From assembly GCF_009914755.1 (NCBI RefSeq), contig NC_060927.1: DNA of 64,000 bases. One strand, 5' to 3'. Within the stretch, counting starts at the first letter, position 1, and the number at the start of each line of letters is the position of its first letter. The position numbers were made by a program, and so were the translations under genes. Positions 27,829 to 39,865 of the stretch are shown one piece after another. The stretch comes from the human T2T-CHM13v2.0 reference genome, Homo sapiens. The notes under the pieces were generated by a model, which did no database searches, was not told the DNA's origin, and worked only from the letters and a program-made list of their open reading frames with translations.

Positions 27829-29037
27829 CAGTCATGTACTGCAAAACAATATTTCTGTCAACGATGGACCATATATGTAACGGTTCTCATAAGATTATAA
27901 TGGAGCTGAAAAATTCTATTGCCTAGTGATGTTGTGGCCATCCTAGGGCCACAGTGCAATGCATTACTCACATGTTTGCGGTGATGCTGGTGTAAACAAA
28001 CCTACTGCACTACTAGTCCTATAAAAGTATAGTCTATACAATTATGTCCAGTACATAATGCCTGACAATGATAATCAACAACTATATTACTGGTTTCTGT
28101 ATTTACTATTCTATACTTGTAATCATTGTTTTAGAGTGTAGTTTTACTTATAAAAGAAAAGTTAACTGTAAAACAGCCTCAGGCTGGTCCTTCATGAGGA
28201 ATTCCAGAAGGCATTATTATCGCAGGAGATGACAGCTCCATGTGTGTTATTGCCCGTGAAGACCTTCCAGTGGGACAAGATGTGGAGGTGGAAGGCAGTG
28301 ATATGGAAGATCCTGACCCTCTGTAGGCCTAGGATCATGTGTATGTTTGTCTTAGTTTTTAACAAAAAAGTTTAAAAAGTAAAAAAAAATAAATAAATTT
28401 GAAGTAGAAAAAACCTATAGAATCAGGATATAAAGAAAGAAAACATCTTTGTACAGCTGTACAATGTGTTTGTGTTTTAAGCTAAGTGTTATTACAAAAG
28501 AGTAAAAAAGTTAAAAAAATGGAAAAGTTTATAAAACAAAAAATTTACAGTAAGCTAAGGTTAACTTGTTATTGAAGAAGGAAAAGTGTTTTTTATAAAT
28601 TTCATGTAGCCCAAGTGTACAGTGTTTCTAAAGTCTACAGTAGTGTACAGCCGTGTCCTAGGTCTTCACATTCACTCACCACTCCTTCACTGATCCACTC
28701 AGAGCAACTTTCAGTCCTGTAAGCTCCACTCTGCCCTACACAGGTGTGCACCATTTTTAATCTTTTACACTGTATTTCTACTGTGTCTTTTCTATGTTTA
28801 GATATGGTTAGATACACAAACACCATTGTGTTACAGTTGCCTACAGTATTCGGCACAGTAACATGCTGTGCAGATTTGTAGCTCAGGAGCAATAGGCTAT
28901 ATGGTATAGCCTAGGTGTGCAGTAGGCTCTACCATCTAGGCTTGTATAAGTACACTCTATGATGTTTGCCCAGTGATGAAATAGCTTAATGCTGCATTTC
29001 TCAGAATATATCCCCATCATTAAGCAACACATGACTG
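27829..29037 (+). mobile_element. Tigger3b (TcMar-Tigger), full length
   Basis: Termini CAGTCATG...CATGACTG, TA TSDs at 27827-27828 and 29038-29039, 1209 bp. Confidence 0.9.
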
Positions 29038-32000
29038 TAATCGAGAGGAGTCCAGGAAATTGACAAAAATTGGTGACCCTCCGTCAACCTCCCTGGCTTG
29101 CAGAAGCACAGGTTAATGTATATTGCAGCTGCCCCAATCTTCTAATAATTTACTGTGAAGATTAAGACCCTAATCTTCAAGAGACCAAGGGGTGAAGATG
29201 GGTATTTGTGTTCAAGCGCTAGTGAATTTGAGGCCGACTTTCAGACAATGCCCATAATGCTGGTCACCACACAGGGGGCCATGGAGACCAAAGGTATTCA
29301 CAACCCGAGGACCGTGGCTGGAAAATGCTACAAAGTGTGCTGTGGGGTTGCACGTGTGAAGCCACTGGTGCCACTCCCATGCCACATGCTCTTTGCTGTT
29401 GCCTTTTCCCACTGTCTTTTTCTCCATTGTTTTCCTTCCTGCCTCAGTCAGAGAAGTGAATCAGGGATGTCAGGTGCAATGAGCCAGATTTCTTCCCTGC
29501 CCACATGATATGAGATTTAGTAATACACACTGTTGCTTAATACTGACATCCTAGAACTTATATATACCTATAAATGGACCTCTCTTCCATTATTCCAGTT
29601 AGTCACACTGGCATATGATTATAATTCCCTGAGCAAAGGAAGGGCTCCATATATGTAGCAAAGCATCGCTTTTGAGGTGTGTCAAAAGAAACTTGTTATT
29701 AGTCATGCTTCAAGCATCCAAGTTTGTGAATAATATATTTTAAAACATAAATTAGAGCAGATTCAGATTTCTGTATAATAATTTCATTCTCTTTGACTTG
29801 CATTTGACATGATTTTATGAATGAAAGGGAGAGAAATGGTTTATTATAAGTAGTGGGTGGTAATCTGTGTACATAACAGATGTTGAATGACACTTTTGCT
29901 ATCTTGAAATATTCAGTTAAAGCCCCAAAGCCAATAATGATTGGATAAGAAGCTCCTAGGGAATTGCTGCTTGATAGGTCCCTGTAACATCTAAGAGGTG
30001 ACCAAACCAGCCCTGTGATCTTTAGCTCAACAAATACCTCCAACTTGTGCAAAGAGAAGATAAAGATTCAAGGGGCATGATCAAGGAAATGAATCATACA
30101 CTCTGGGGGAGAAGGGTTTGGTTCTTCCTCCTGAGCCTAGTGTGGGAGCTTCCCGAGGCCACCAAACTGGGTTGTAAGAGCACCAGTCAGGAAGCTTGTG
30201 TGCCCACTTTGCACCATTATCCTTTTCCCTGCTCTAACCTGGAGGAGGGACGGCTGAAGGTGGAGATGCTGTAAAGGGGCAGTGGAAGTGCAGACCACTC
30301 TCCATCTCCATGTGGGTCAGGGCAAGGCTGGGTGGGATGGGTTGGGTGTTGAGGGTGAGAAGGCTGAGTATTGAATCCCATGGGATGGATCCATGGGATG
30401 GATATTTTGATTCAGACTGGACCGGGCCTGAAAGTGAGTCTTGATGATCAGAATGAGCTTGTTTGTTGAACTGACGGTGACTGGAATGTTTTGGGATTTG
30501 TGAAGTTGTGTCCATGGGCAGAGAAGGGAAATGTGACAGAGCAGGTCTGAAGGCAGTGGCTGGGAGAAAATAATGAACCCTGACTGACTCAGACCACCCA
30601 ATAAGCTGGTTGTCCTCATGACCCTGGGTGCACCGTGGAGTACATTCTGTCGGGGTCCCTCATCTGTGCTGGGTGTCTTAGAGGAAAATGGGCTGAGAAC
30701 CTTTGGGCTATACCTTCTTCACATCCCCTCAATGAGCCTCAAGAAATGCCATCTTGGTGTTCAAGGAGTGGTCTGAGGAGTGGATGGAAGCCCCTGTCCC
30801 TAGAAATGTCCCTTATTCTCTCATTTGACACCTCTCTCACTGCATTAGCAGAGACGTTTTGCTTTTAGGAAGTTTTCATTTGAAATATAAATATTTCCAT
30901 GTGTATTGAAATAGTCACAGAGGCTGTATCAGTCAGTGACTTTGTGGGGTTGTTTTATGGGATCTAGTCTCTACCCCTGCTCAGAAACATTGCTGGCTCC
31001 CCGGTATCTATGTAATCCACTCTGCACCATGTAGCCTGGCAGGCAGGGCCTTCTGGGAACTGGCCCCACTGTCTTCTCACTGGTCTCCTCCTAATTTCTC
31101 CATGCTGCCCCAGACGTCAATGTATCCAGCTCTTCTGGAGTCCATGTGCTCTCTGGAGCATGCAGCTCACTCTCCCCATCTATTACCATCATGCCTTTCT
31201 CCCCAGTGCCACCTTAGAAGAGTCTACTCACTGGGCTGGGTTCTGAGGCCATCTCCTACCATCTTCTGAGGCTATCTTCCTTGAGCCTCCCAACTGATTT
31301 TTTTCCTCCCTTAATATCCTTAATGCAGAAACCAGCCCCTGTCTTGATAAGATGACATTACATATCAGGAGTTGGAAAAAGAGAGGTGGAATTTAGCAAT
31401 ACGACAGCTCAGGAAGGTTTTACTGGACAAACTCTGGGACTTCTTTCAAATATATGTTATCAACAACCCCTTCACCTATTTTTTATTTTTAGGTCTAACG
31501 TTCACCTTTCCCTCTCATATTGAATCTCATGAGATCTTCCCTGAGAGTTGTGAGGGCCTCCCTGCTGCTGACCCACGAGGTCCTCCCTCACAAGTCTCGT
31601 GTGTTCAGGAACTGGCTGATGAACGCTTGCCTCCTTCTTCCTGCCCCGCAGACCTTCATAAACCACAAGGCTTTTTAAAAAAATTCCGATGCCTGTAGGT
31701 TTAAGCTTTACACCATCCTATAGCTTTGTCTGTGTACAATTCTAGCATACTGCCAGCCTTAGAATTTTCGGTCAGGTCCCCCTATAGATTGTATACTTCT
31801 TGGCAGTTCCTTCCCTTGTTCATTGGGTTCACAGATTCTACTCCATGCAGAGTACTTTGTGCTTTGTAGGTGCTTAATAAACGTGGTGAGTGACAACCCA
31901 TGATATCTGAACTTACTGAGAAAACATTCCAGAGGGAGGTAAATGAGGATGAAAGGAGGCTGTTGGCAGAGGTGAGGAACTAGGGGCTCTGCAGACCAGC

Positions 32001-32130
32001 TTCCATGATGCCGCCATGTGGCCTGAGATTGGCCTGGAATCAGCTGCACTATCCCTCTTCACATAAGGCTACAGACTTTGGGGAAAGAGAATCCTTCTCC
32101 CTGCTTTACCTCTATACAAGTTCAGGCAGC

Positions 32131-32163
32131 TGTGTATGTGTGTGTGTATGTGTGTGTGTGTGT
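32131..32163. repeat. Imperfect (TG)n
   Basis: Directly read. Confidence 0.9.
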
Positions 32164-33614
32164 AATATTGGAACAGGCAGCACAGATGAGGGCTTGGCAG
32201 TGAGAGAAACTAGCTTTGACCTCTTACTACAAAGTGTGATGAAGAAGGCTTGAATTTTCAAAGAATTCAACTGTGTCTAATACCAGGTCTGTGGTATAAC
32301 ATTCTTCCTTGGCTGGGTGCCAAAATGTAACATAAATGCTACACCCAGAGCAAAGGGGTAAAAGAGACCCACTAGTGTTTCCAGGGTTAAATTCTCCCTC
32401 CTTCACAGAGCCTTCCAGATTCACACAGTCCACTCAAGTCTCTCCTTTGTAGAAGATCCTACAGCATTTAATACTGGATGCTGCTCAGTTTAGCCCTCAA
32501 TGATAGTGTCTTGCTATTTTTGGTTAGTTTCTTTAAAAATATAACTTCTGTCTTCCATTTACTTAAATCTCTTCCACGGCTTCTTTGCTTCTTGTTACAT
32601 GAAGCAGTGCTGAACACAGAGGAGGAACTCAGTAACTGTTAATTGTTTTGCTCTCTAATTAGGCCCACGATAGAGTAGATACTATTGGGTGCTGGTTTTT
32701 AGGGGTGTAGGAAAGGAATCTGGGGAGTCATCTTCAAAGATCAGATGCACAAATCTTAACAAGCTGCCTCTCTCTAGTGGCCTCAGGGACTTGAAGCAAG
32801 ATCAACTGACTTAAAGAAATAAACCACAAGTAGTTAAGAAACACAAAAGTTCAAATTGCATCCGGTGTAGCTCTGTGAGAAAATTTCTGCAGCAGAAGGA
32901 AGTCTGTTATTCTTGACCTGAACTTTAGTATTCTGCAGTAACGTGGGGCTGCAAAAATGCTCCTAATCTCTGACAAAGTTAGGTTCTTATCCATATATCA
33001 TAAGTGAAATGAGAGGAATTGACTGATAACAGAGAAAAAATTTCCCACTTGGCACATACAGACAGTGTATGTATATGTGTATATATACATAGATACTTAA
33101 ATCAAAGTAATTGGTTAATGTAATGGAAATTTAATCTCAGTTTTAAGTGGTGTTTCTTCTTTATTTGATGTGCATTATTTTAAAAACACAGCAGAGACAT
33201 AGCCTTTAACCACCTCCCCCATGCCTCTGACATTATTCATACTGAAGTTTTCAACTAGCAGACTTGGAAAGTGCTTTTTAACTACAGCTCATATCATTAG
33301 TGTTTCTGCTGTATAAGCAGAAAAAATTGGGATGCAGCTTAGCAAAAGGCTTCAGGACAACATAAAATACAAAGGGTAATAGATCTGTTTCTCAAACAGT
33401 TTTCCTGTGTAATGCGCATCCTAATGATTTCTTTTTAATTAAAATATTTTCACAAGTCTCAGAATGAGTAACCTAAGACTATTTTGTTGGGATAATCTGT
33501 ATTTCCTGAGATGTGTTAACTTCAGGGTCACTGGTCTTTATTCAGTTCTTGCTCTGCCAGGCCACAGGCTGCCTCATTCTCTCCTTTGCCCTCACAGCTT
33601 GGTATCAGCTCCTA

Positions 33615-34484
33615 ATTTTGCATCTGGGCTCTAAACTGGACTTTCCAGCTCCCTGATGGACATTTCAGAAATGTTCTATTGATGTTTCTAACGCAACAAG
33701 CCTCATGATATTATCCTTGTGTTAACATCATTGTGACATCCTCCACACACCCAAGTCAACTTGGACTTATTTTTCTGTCTCCTACAAGCAATGGCTGCTA
33801 AGTCCTGTTGATTCTGGCTTTGAAATGTCTAGAGAATACCCTCTCATGTAGTCACTTCTATTTTTGTTGCCCTAGTTCAGGCCGTACTCTCTCTTGCTTG
33901 CCTGGACCATGACAAGTAGCTGTCTAGTTGGTCTCATGGGCTGCTATCGATTTCCTCTCAAGAGTACCCTTGAAGTTGCCCCAGAGTGCTCTTCCTAAAG
34001 AATGACTTGGTGATGTCCCTTTCCTACTGAAAAAACTTGTGGTAAGTCCCAACTGCCTACTGAATCTGTTTCCAACTTTACTCTTCAGCCTCATTTTCTG
34101 CAACTCCCTGTCATCTCCCCATGCTGAACCCCAAGAGACAACTCACGATTGCTCGATGAGATGTCCAATTTCATTCCTTTGTGCTGTTGCTTGGGTTGTT
34201 TAATGCCTAGAAACTTTAGCAAGACAACATGCAAATATTCTGCAGCTTCTCTGTGCCCCCTCACACCTGCCTGCTCCAAGCGTCATTCTTCCTTTGCAGT
34301 TAAAAAAAAATCCGTTTTGGCAGGCTTTATGCAGAATTTGTTTACATTTCTATCTCTCTTACACATGAAACTTGAACTGCTAGACAACAGAGATAATGCA
34401 ATTCATATCTTTGTTTCTTTAAAGACTCAAGTTGGTGATAGATGCTTATTAAGTGCCCAGTGAATTCTTGTTGAATAAATGAAT
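33615..34484 (+). mobile_element. L2 3' region
   Basis: TGCCCTAGTTCAGGCC...CCTGGACCAT, ending TTGTTGAATAAATGAAT. Confidence 0.65.
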
Positions 34485-34529
34485 TGTTGCCTTCTTTGTG
34501 AATCTTTATCCAGTTCTCTGAAGCAAACA

Positions 34530-35770
34530 TTATTTTGTATTTATCTTTAAGTTTTTTCTCTTTGTATTTGGTTTCCAGCAGATTTCCATGATGTGTGTTG
34601 GCACGTTTTTCTTTCTGTTTATCTTCATGGGGATTGAAGGGCTTCTTGAATCTGTGGCTTGACGTTTTTTTGTCAGCTTTGAAAAATTCTTGGTCATTAT
34701 CACATATTGCTTTGCCTCCTGTCTTTCCCTCCTCTTTTGGACTCTAATTCCATATATGTTAAATTTTTCTACTAGGTGCCATAGGTCTCCTATATTTTTT
34801 TCTATCTTTTTTCTCTGTGCTTCATTCTGAGTAATTTCCATTGTTTTATCTTCCAAATTGCTAGTCCCTTTTCCAGCTGTGTCTAATCTTCTGTTAAGTC
34901 TATTTATTGAGTTCTTAGTTTGTAATATCAGTTTAGATTTTTCATTTGATTTCTTTTTTGTAGATTCTAATTTTCTGGTTACTTTTTTTCAATCTTATCT
35001 ATTTTTATCAGCTTATCAATCATAGGATTTTAAGGTATTTATATAACTCCTTGGATTTCTAGAGAGTCTATTTCTATAATCTTTTAAAAAATTTCTTGGT
35101 CATATCTCTTGATATGTTTGTTAACATTTTATCGAATGCCAAATATATATATAAAATAGCAGAGATTATGAATGATACTTTCTTTTTCCAGGGAAAACTT
35201 AAAAACTATTCCAGCACTGTAACACTGCTGATAGTCCTGCCCAGTTTCTTATAGTCTCAGAAGCCACTATATGCCTCTCTATAGGTGCTTCTTATCAATC
35301 AGTAAATGCCTCAAGGGGAAAAATGTTTGCCCACATGGTTGGGCTCATTTCTTTCTGCTTCCTTTCTCTCCTGGATCTTGACCCTTTAAGTTCTGATTGT
35401 CTTGCTGGCCCTGGACTCCTAGCCCTGTTAGGTGGTGAAAGTTCTGTTCTGCTTTTTTTTTTTTTTTTTTTTTTGCTTCTTAGCAGCTGCTTTCTACTTG
35501 GCTTCTCAGTCCTTCCACACATGCTGCATATGAATCAGAAAATGCTCTGAAGAGAAAAGTAGTGATTTGGGCTCACCTCAGTGAGTTTCTCTTCACTCTG
35601 GACTCCTGGCCCTGAAAATCCTGGCTTCCTTGAGTTTCCAATGTCTTCAAAACAGGTTGTTTTTGTTTTTGTTTGTTTGTTTTCCATTTTATCACACCTT
35701 TGTGGTTTGTTCACTGGGATGTTTGCACTGCCATAAAGTAGTTTGCCATGGCTAGATGTGGGAGTCTGTG
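34530..35770 (-). mobile_element. Old L1M/HAL1 5' region with ORF1 remnant
   Basis: The minus-strand ORF 34530-34856 reads EDKTMEITQNEAQRKK...DLW...NIYGIRV...NFSKL...PTHIM, which is L1 ORF1p-like. Confidence 0.7.
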
Positions 35771-35874
35771 TGTTCTTCTATTATGATGCTTTCTTCTACT
35801 ATAAATTTCTTTCATTTGTGAGTTCTGTGAGAGCAAGGACAGTAATTTATTTCATTTATCTCTTGTAAAATGCC

Positions 35875-36230
35875 AACTCATTCATTAATTCACTCAACAT
35901 AGGTTTTGAGCACCTACTATGTTGCCAAGTAGTTGCCAAGTGCTGAGGACAGAGCAGTGAAGAAGATGGACAAAGTCTCAGCTGTCATAGGGCGCATGTC
36001 CCAGCATGGGACAGGGCACACAAACAAACAAATAGCAAGAATATCAAATAGTAAAAGGTGTTGTGTACAGGATTAAATTCAAATGCTGAGGGAGAAGGTG
36101 GGTGGCTACTTAAAGCCTTCTCTAAATGGGTAACCATTACTTTGAGGTCTGAATGACAAGAAAAAGTCAGCCATGAGGAGATCTAGGGAATTTCCAGGCA
36201 GAGAGAGGAGCAAAGGTGAGGGACCAGGGA
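35875..36230 (-). mobile_element. L2 3' end
   Basis: TCATTCATTAATTCACTCAACATAGGTTTTGAGCACCTACTATG... Confidence 0.75.
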
Positions 36231-36396
36231 GTTTGCTAAAGTGGATTAAATTTGTGGGATTCTAAATTAAAAATTTTAACATAAGCTTCTTTTTTTAACC
36301 TCTGAGACTATATATGTATAGGCAAATATCCTATTTTTGTTTAAAAATGAGAAGAATTAGGATTTACATAAAATTGTTGTATTTTTATCAGAGCTC

Positions 36397-36850
36397 TGTT
36401 ATCAGTTAAGGTCTTAGCAAAAACCAATCCAATTCACATAGTTCAAGAGACTGCAAAGAAGAGGCTCCTTAAGGGGTGTGGACAGGATTAAGAGAACGAG
36501 CAGGGTTGCTGAGGCACCCAGAGACTAGCAACAGTGGCAGTCATTACCACCCCAGGCCTGAAGGGATGAAGAACATTGCAAAGTGCTTTACTCCAGTCTG
36601 GTGGGAGCTGAAGTCAGGGAGAGATGTAGTCGCTACCAGAAAACATGCTGCAGGGCAGGGTGGGAGCAGGAAGGCAACATCTTCTCTTCTTTTTCCTCCT
36701 GCCTCACCTTGAGGGGTCGGTCTTGGCCAAACCCAACCAAGAGCCAGCTGGCAGTGGAGCCAGGTTGATGTGGTCCAGTGGAGGCAGTCTCCAAGGCTGC
36801 ACAGAGAGGGGCAAGAATGGGCCTGGGGAGAGGCACAAACCAACCACACC
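36397..36850 (-). mobile_element. ERVL-type LTR (LTR41-like)
   Basis: GAGGCACCCAGAGACTAGCAACAGTGGCAGTCATTACCACCCCAGGCCTGAAGGG motif. Subfamily is tentative. Confidence 0.5.
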
Positions 36851-37774
36851 CTCAGGTGCATTTTTGAGATGACAAGCAAGAATGAATTTGGAAAGTTTAT
36901 AGGCTTCTTTTGTAGCTTCAGCCTTACTAGGACTTACATGATATAAAGTGCCTTTCCTACATCGAGAATAGGGGGTCTGAAGGGTTTTCAGTCATACATT
37001 ATGTCTTTAAGGACAGAAATTTTTTTTGAGGAAACTTGCAATTAGCTTGGGAGACTATGAGGACATAAGAATATGTGGAGTTTTGAAGGAAAGTTTTAGG
37101 GCAGAGTCTGGCATTTGTGCTAGTAAGAGGAAGAGACCCAGCGAGAGACTGGGGACAAAGCTTTAAGTCAGAGAGAGGTCAGAGAAGAAGGTGCCTGCAG
37201 TGGAACATGAAATCCTCAGTGTAAATTCACCAATACCCAAAAAGAGTCCTTTAAATCTGGCCATACACTGAAAATCTGTCTGCTAACAAAGGGTTCATGA
37301 TATCCAAGCAAATATGGTATATGACCCAGAAATAGCTATTTTTTCAATTCAGCAATTTAAAATAGCAAAATCTTGAAACTTTATTGCCCAGGATATACAA
37401 AAGTACTCATACACACTTGTCTGCATACCCACCAACACAAAATGTCAATGTGGACACACACTCCCGCTTGGGCCTCCTCTCTCTCTCCGGCTCCATTTTC
37501 TCCGCCGCCGGGGGCCGGGGTCTCCTGTGGGGGGCCCAGCCGGTATCCCAGGTCTCCCTTCAGTGCCGGGGTGAACCCCCGGGGGAGCCGAGAGCCGGGG
37601 GCAGACGGGCGGGGGTTGGGGCGGAGGGAGCAGCGGCCCCAGCGAGTTTGTGGGGAGAAGTAACCAGGCGGGGGGAGGGGCGGAGCAGGGAGGGGGCCTC
37701 AGGGCCCCCCCCAGCTATGGACGAACGGCTACTGGGGCCGCCTCCTCCAGGCGGGGCCCGGGGGGGGCCTGGGA

Positions 37775-39010
37775 TTGGTGAGTGGGGAGCCTGGGGGCCC
37801 TGGCGAGCCTCCTGGTGGCGGAGACCCCGGTGGGGGTAGCGGGGGGTTCCCGGGAGGCCGAGGGAAGCAAGACATCGGGGACATTCTGCAGCAGATAATG
37901 ACCATCACCGACCAGAGCCTGGACGAGGCCCAGGCCAAGAAACACGCCCTAAACTGCCACCGAATGAAGCCTGCTCTCTTTAGCGTCCTGTGTGAAATCA
38001 AGGAGAAAACCGGCCTCAGCATTCGGAGCTCCCAGGAGGAGGAGCCGGTGGACCCACAGCTGATGCGCTTGGACAACATGCTTCTGGCAGAGAGTGTGGC
38101 TGGGCCCGAGAAAGGGGGCGGCTCAGCAGCAGCAGCTGCAGCCGCTGCAGCCTCTGGTGGTGGCGTGTCCCCTGACAACTCCATCGAACACTCGGACTAT
38201 CGCAGCAAACTTGCCCAGATCCGTCACATATACCACTCGGAACTGGAGAAGTATGAGCAGGCATGTAATGAGTTCACGACCCATGTCATGAACCTGCTGA
38301 GGGAGCAGAGCCGCACCAGGCCCGTGGCCCCCAAAGAGATGGAACGCATGGTGAGCATCATCCATCGAAAGTTCAGCGCCATCCAGATGCAGCTGAAGCA
38401 GAGCACCTGCGAGGCTATGATGATGCTGCGCTCCCGTTTCCTGGATGCCAGACGAAAGCGCCGTAACTTCAGCAGACAGGCCACTGAGGTCCTAAATGAG
38501 TTTTTCTACTCCCACCTGAGTAACCCATATCCTAGTGAGGAGGCCAAGGAGGAGCTTGCCAAGAAGTGTGGCATCACCGTGTCTCAGGTCTCCAACCGGT
38601 TTGGCAACAAGAAGATTCGCTATAAGAAAAACATCGGAAAGTTCCAAGAGGAGGCAAACATCTATGCTGTCAAGACAGCCGTGTCAGTCACCCAGGGGGG
38701 CCACAGCAGCACCAGCTCCCCGACACCCCCTTCCTCTGCAGGCTCTGGCGGCTCTTTCAATATCTCAGGATCTGGAGACATGTTTCTGGGGATGCCTGGG
38801 CTCAACGGAGATTCCTATTCTGCCTCCCAGGTGGAATCACTCCGACGCTCGATGGGGCCAGGGGGCTATGGGGATAACCTCGGGGGAGGCCAGATGTACA
38901 GCCCACGGGAAATGAGGGCAAATGGCAGCTGGCAAGAGGCTGTGACCCCCTCTTCAGTGACATCCCCAACGGAGGGACCAGGGAGTGTTCACTCTGATAC
39001 CTCCAACTGA
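37775..39010 (+). pseudogene. Residual open frame of the PBX2 retrocopy (PBX2 residues 20-430; PBC domain + TALE homeodomain)
   Basis: 411 uninterrupted codons, first in-frame ATG at 37898 (Met61, 370 aa product). Homeodomain reads [12 protein letters not shown] instead of VSNWFGNKRIRY. Translation is not shown. Confidence 0.85.
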
Positions 39011-39682
39011 TCTTGCCCCTCAGGGTCACAGGGGTGGGGGCTCTCACAAGGCGACTCTTGAAGAGGACGCAGGCTTCCAGAGGACAAACCCCAATACAGG
39101 AGAAGCACAAGACAGAGAAGGGCCAATGGGGTCATCCGCTCCCTAATGAGACTGTCTGTGCTGGGGGTGCTAATTACATGGCAGGAAGAATGGGGCCCCT
39201 AAGGGGAGTGTGGGGTCTGTCTCTCCCTTTTTTCCATCTTTTTCCTCTCTCGCTTTCTTTCTTACACAGAAACATGCACATACCCAGAAACCTATTTTCT
39301 CAGACCCCTTTTTCTCCTCTGTCTTTCTCTCTTCCTCTCCCACACCTCACACACACATACTCCCACTTGCAACTATTCTGTTTCTCTCCTGGGCTCCCCC
39401 ACTTTCCCTTCCCCACCCCACTTGTAGGCTCTGGAATCTGGAGACGCCAGCCCTGCCCAATCAGAGATGCCAAAAATGGGGACATGACTTCTGGACAGAG
39501 GACATGGGACACGCCCCCATGCATCCCCACCCCTGCCCCTCCAGACAGCTTACTTACCTCATACGCAGCTCATCTTAAACCAATAGAATCGCTTGGTGGA
39601 CGAGAGTGTCTGACTCAGATATCTACCTCGGAGGGAGTTTCTGCTACTTTAGGGAATTATTGACTGGGCTTTGGGGTTGAAC

Positions 39683-39865
39683 TTTTTTTTTTTTTTTTTT
39701 AAAGAAAGAAAAAGAAACCCTGGGATCCATCTGTTTTTTTTGTTGTTGTTGTTTTTGTTGTTGTTGTTGGTGGTGGTGGTTCTTAATTTTTAATTTAGTT
39801 TGGGGAAGTAGCTTGTTTGTTTTTTTTTTTTAAATAAATATGTTGATTTCTTGTCTTTTTTTTAT
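39683..39865. repeat. T-runs and (GTT)n(GGT)n simple repeat in the PBX2-derived 3'UTR
   Basis: Directly read. Confidence 0.85.

Noticed and set aside
37384-37839. 151-aa ORF running from the flank through the PBX2 5'UTR into [10 protein letters not shown]
   Set aside because: Non-ATG start in flanking DNA. It stays open because the UTR is GC-rich, and it ends in the frameshifted frame.
37715-38484. Several antisense ORFs over the PBX2 copy
   Set aside because: Shadow frames of GC-rich coding sequence with no independent support.
39013-39663. 216-aa ORF right after the PBX2 stop
   Set aside because: Lies in the 3'UTR, has a TTG start, low-complexity composition and no recognisable domain.
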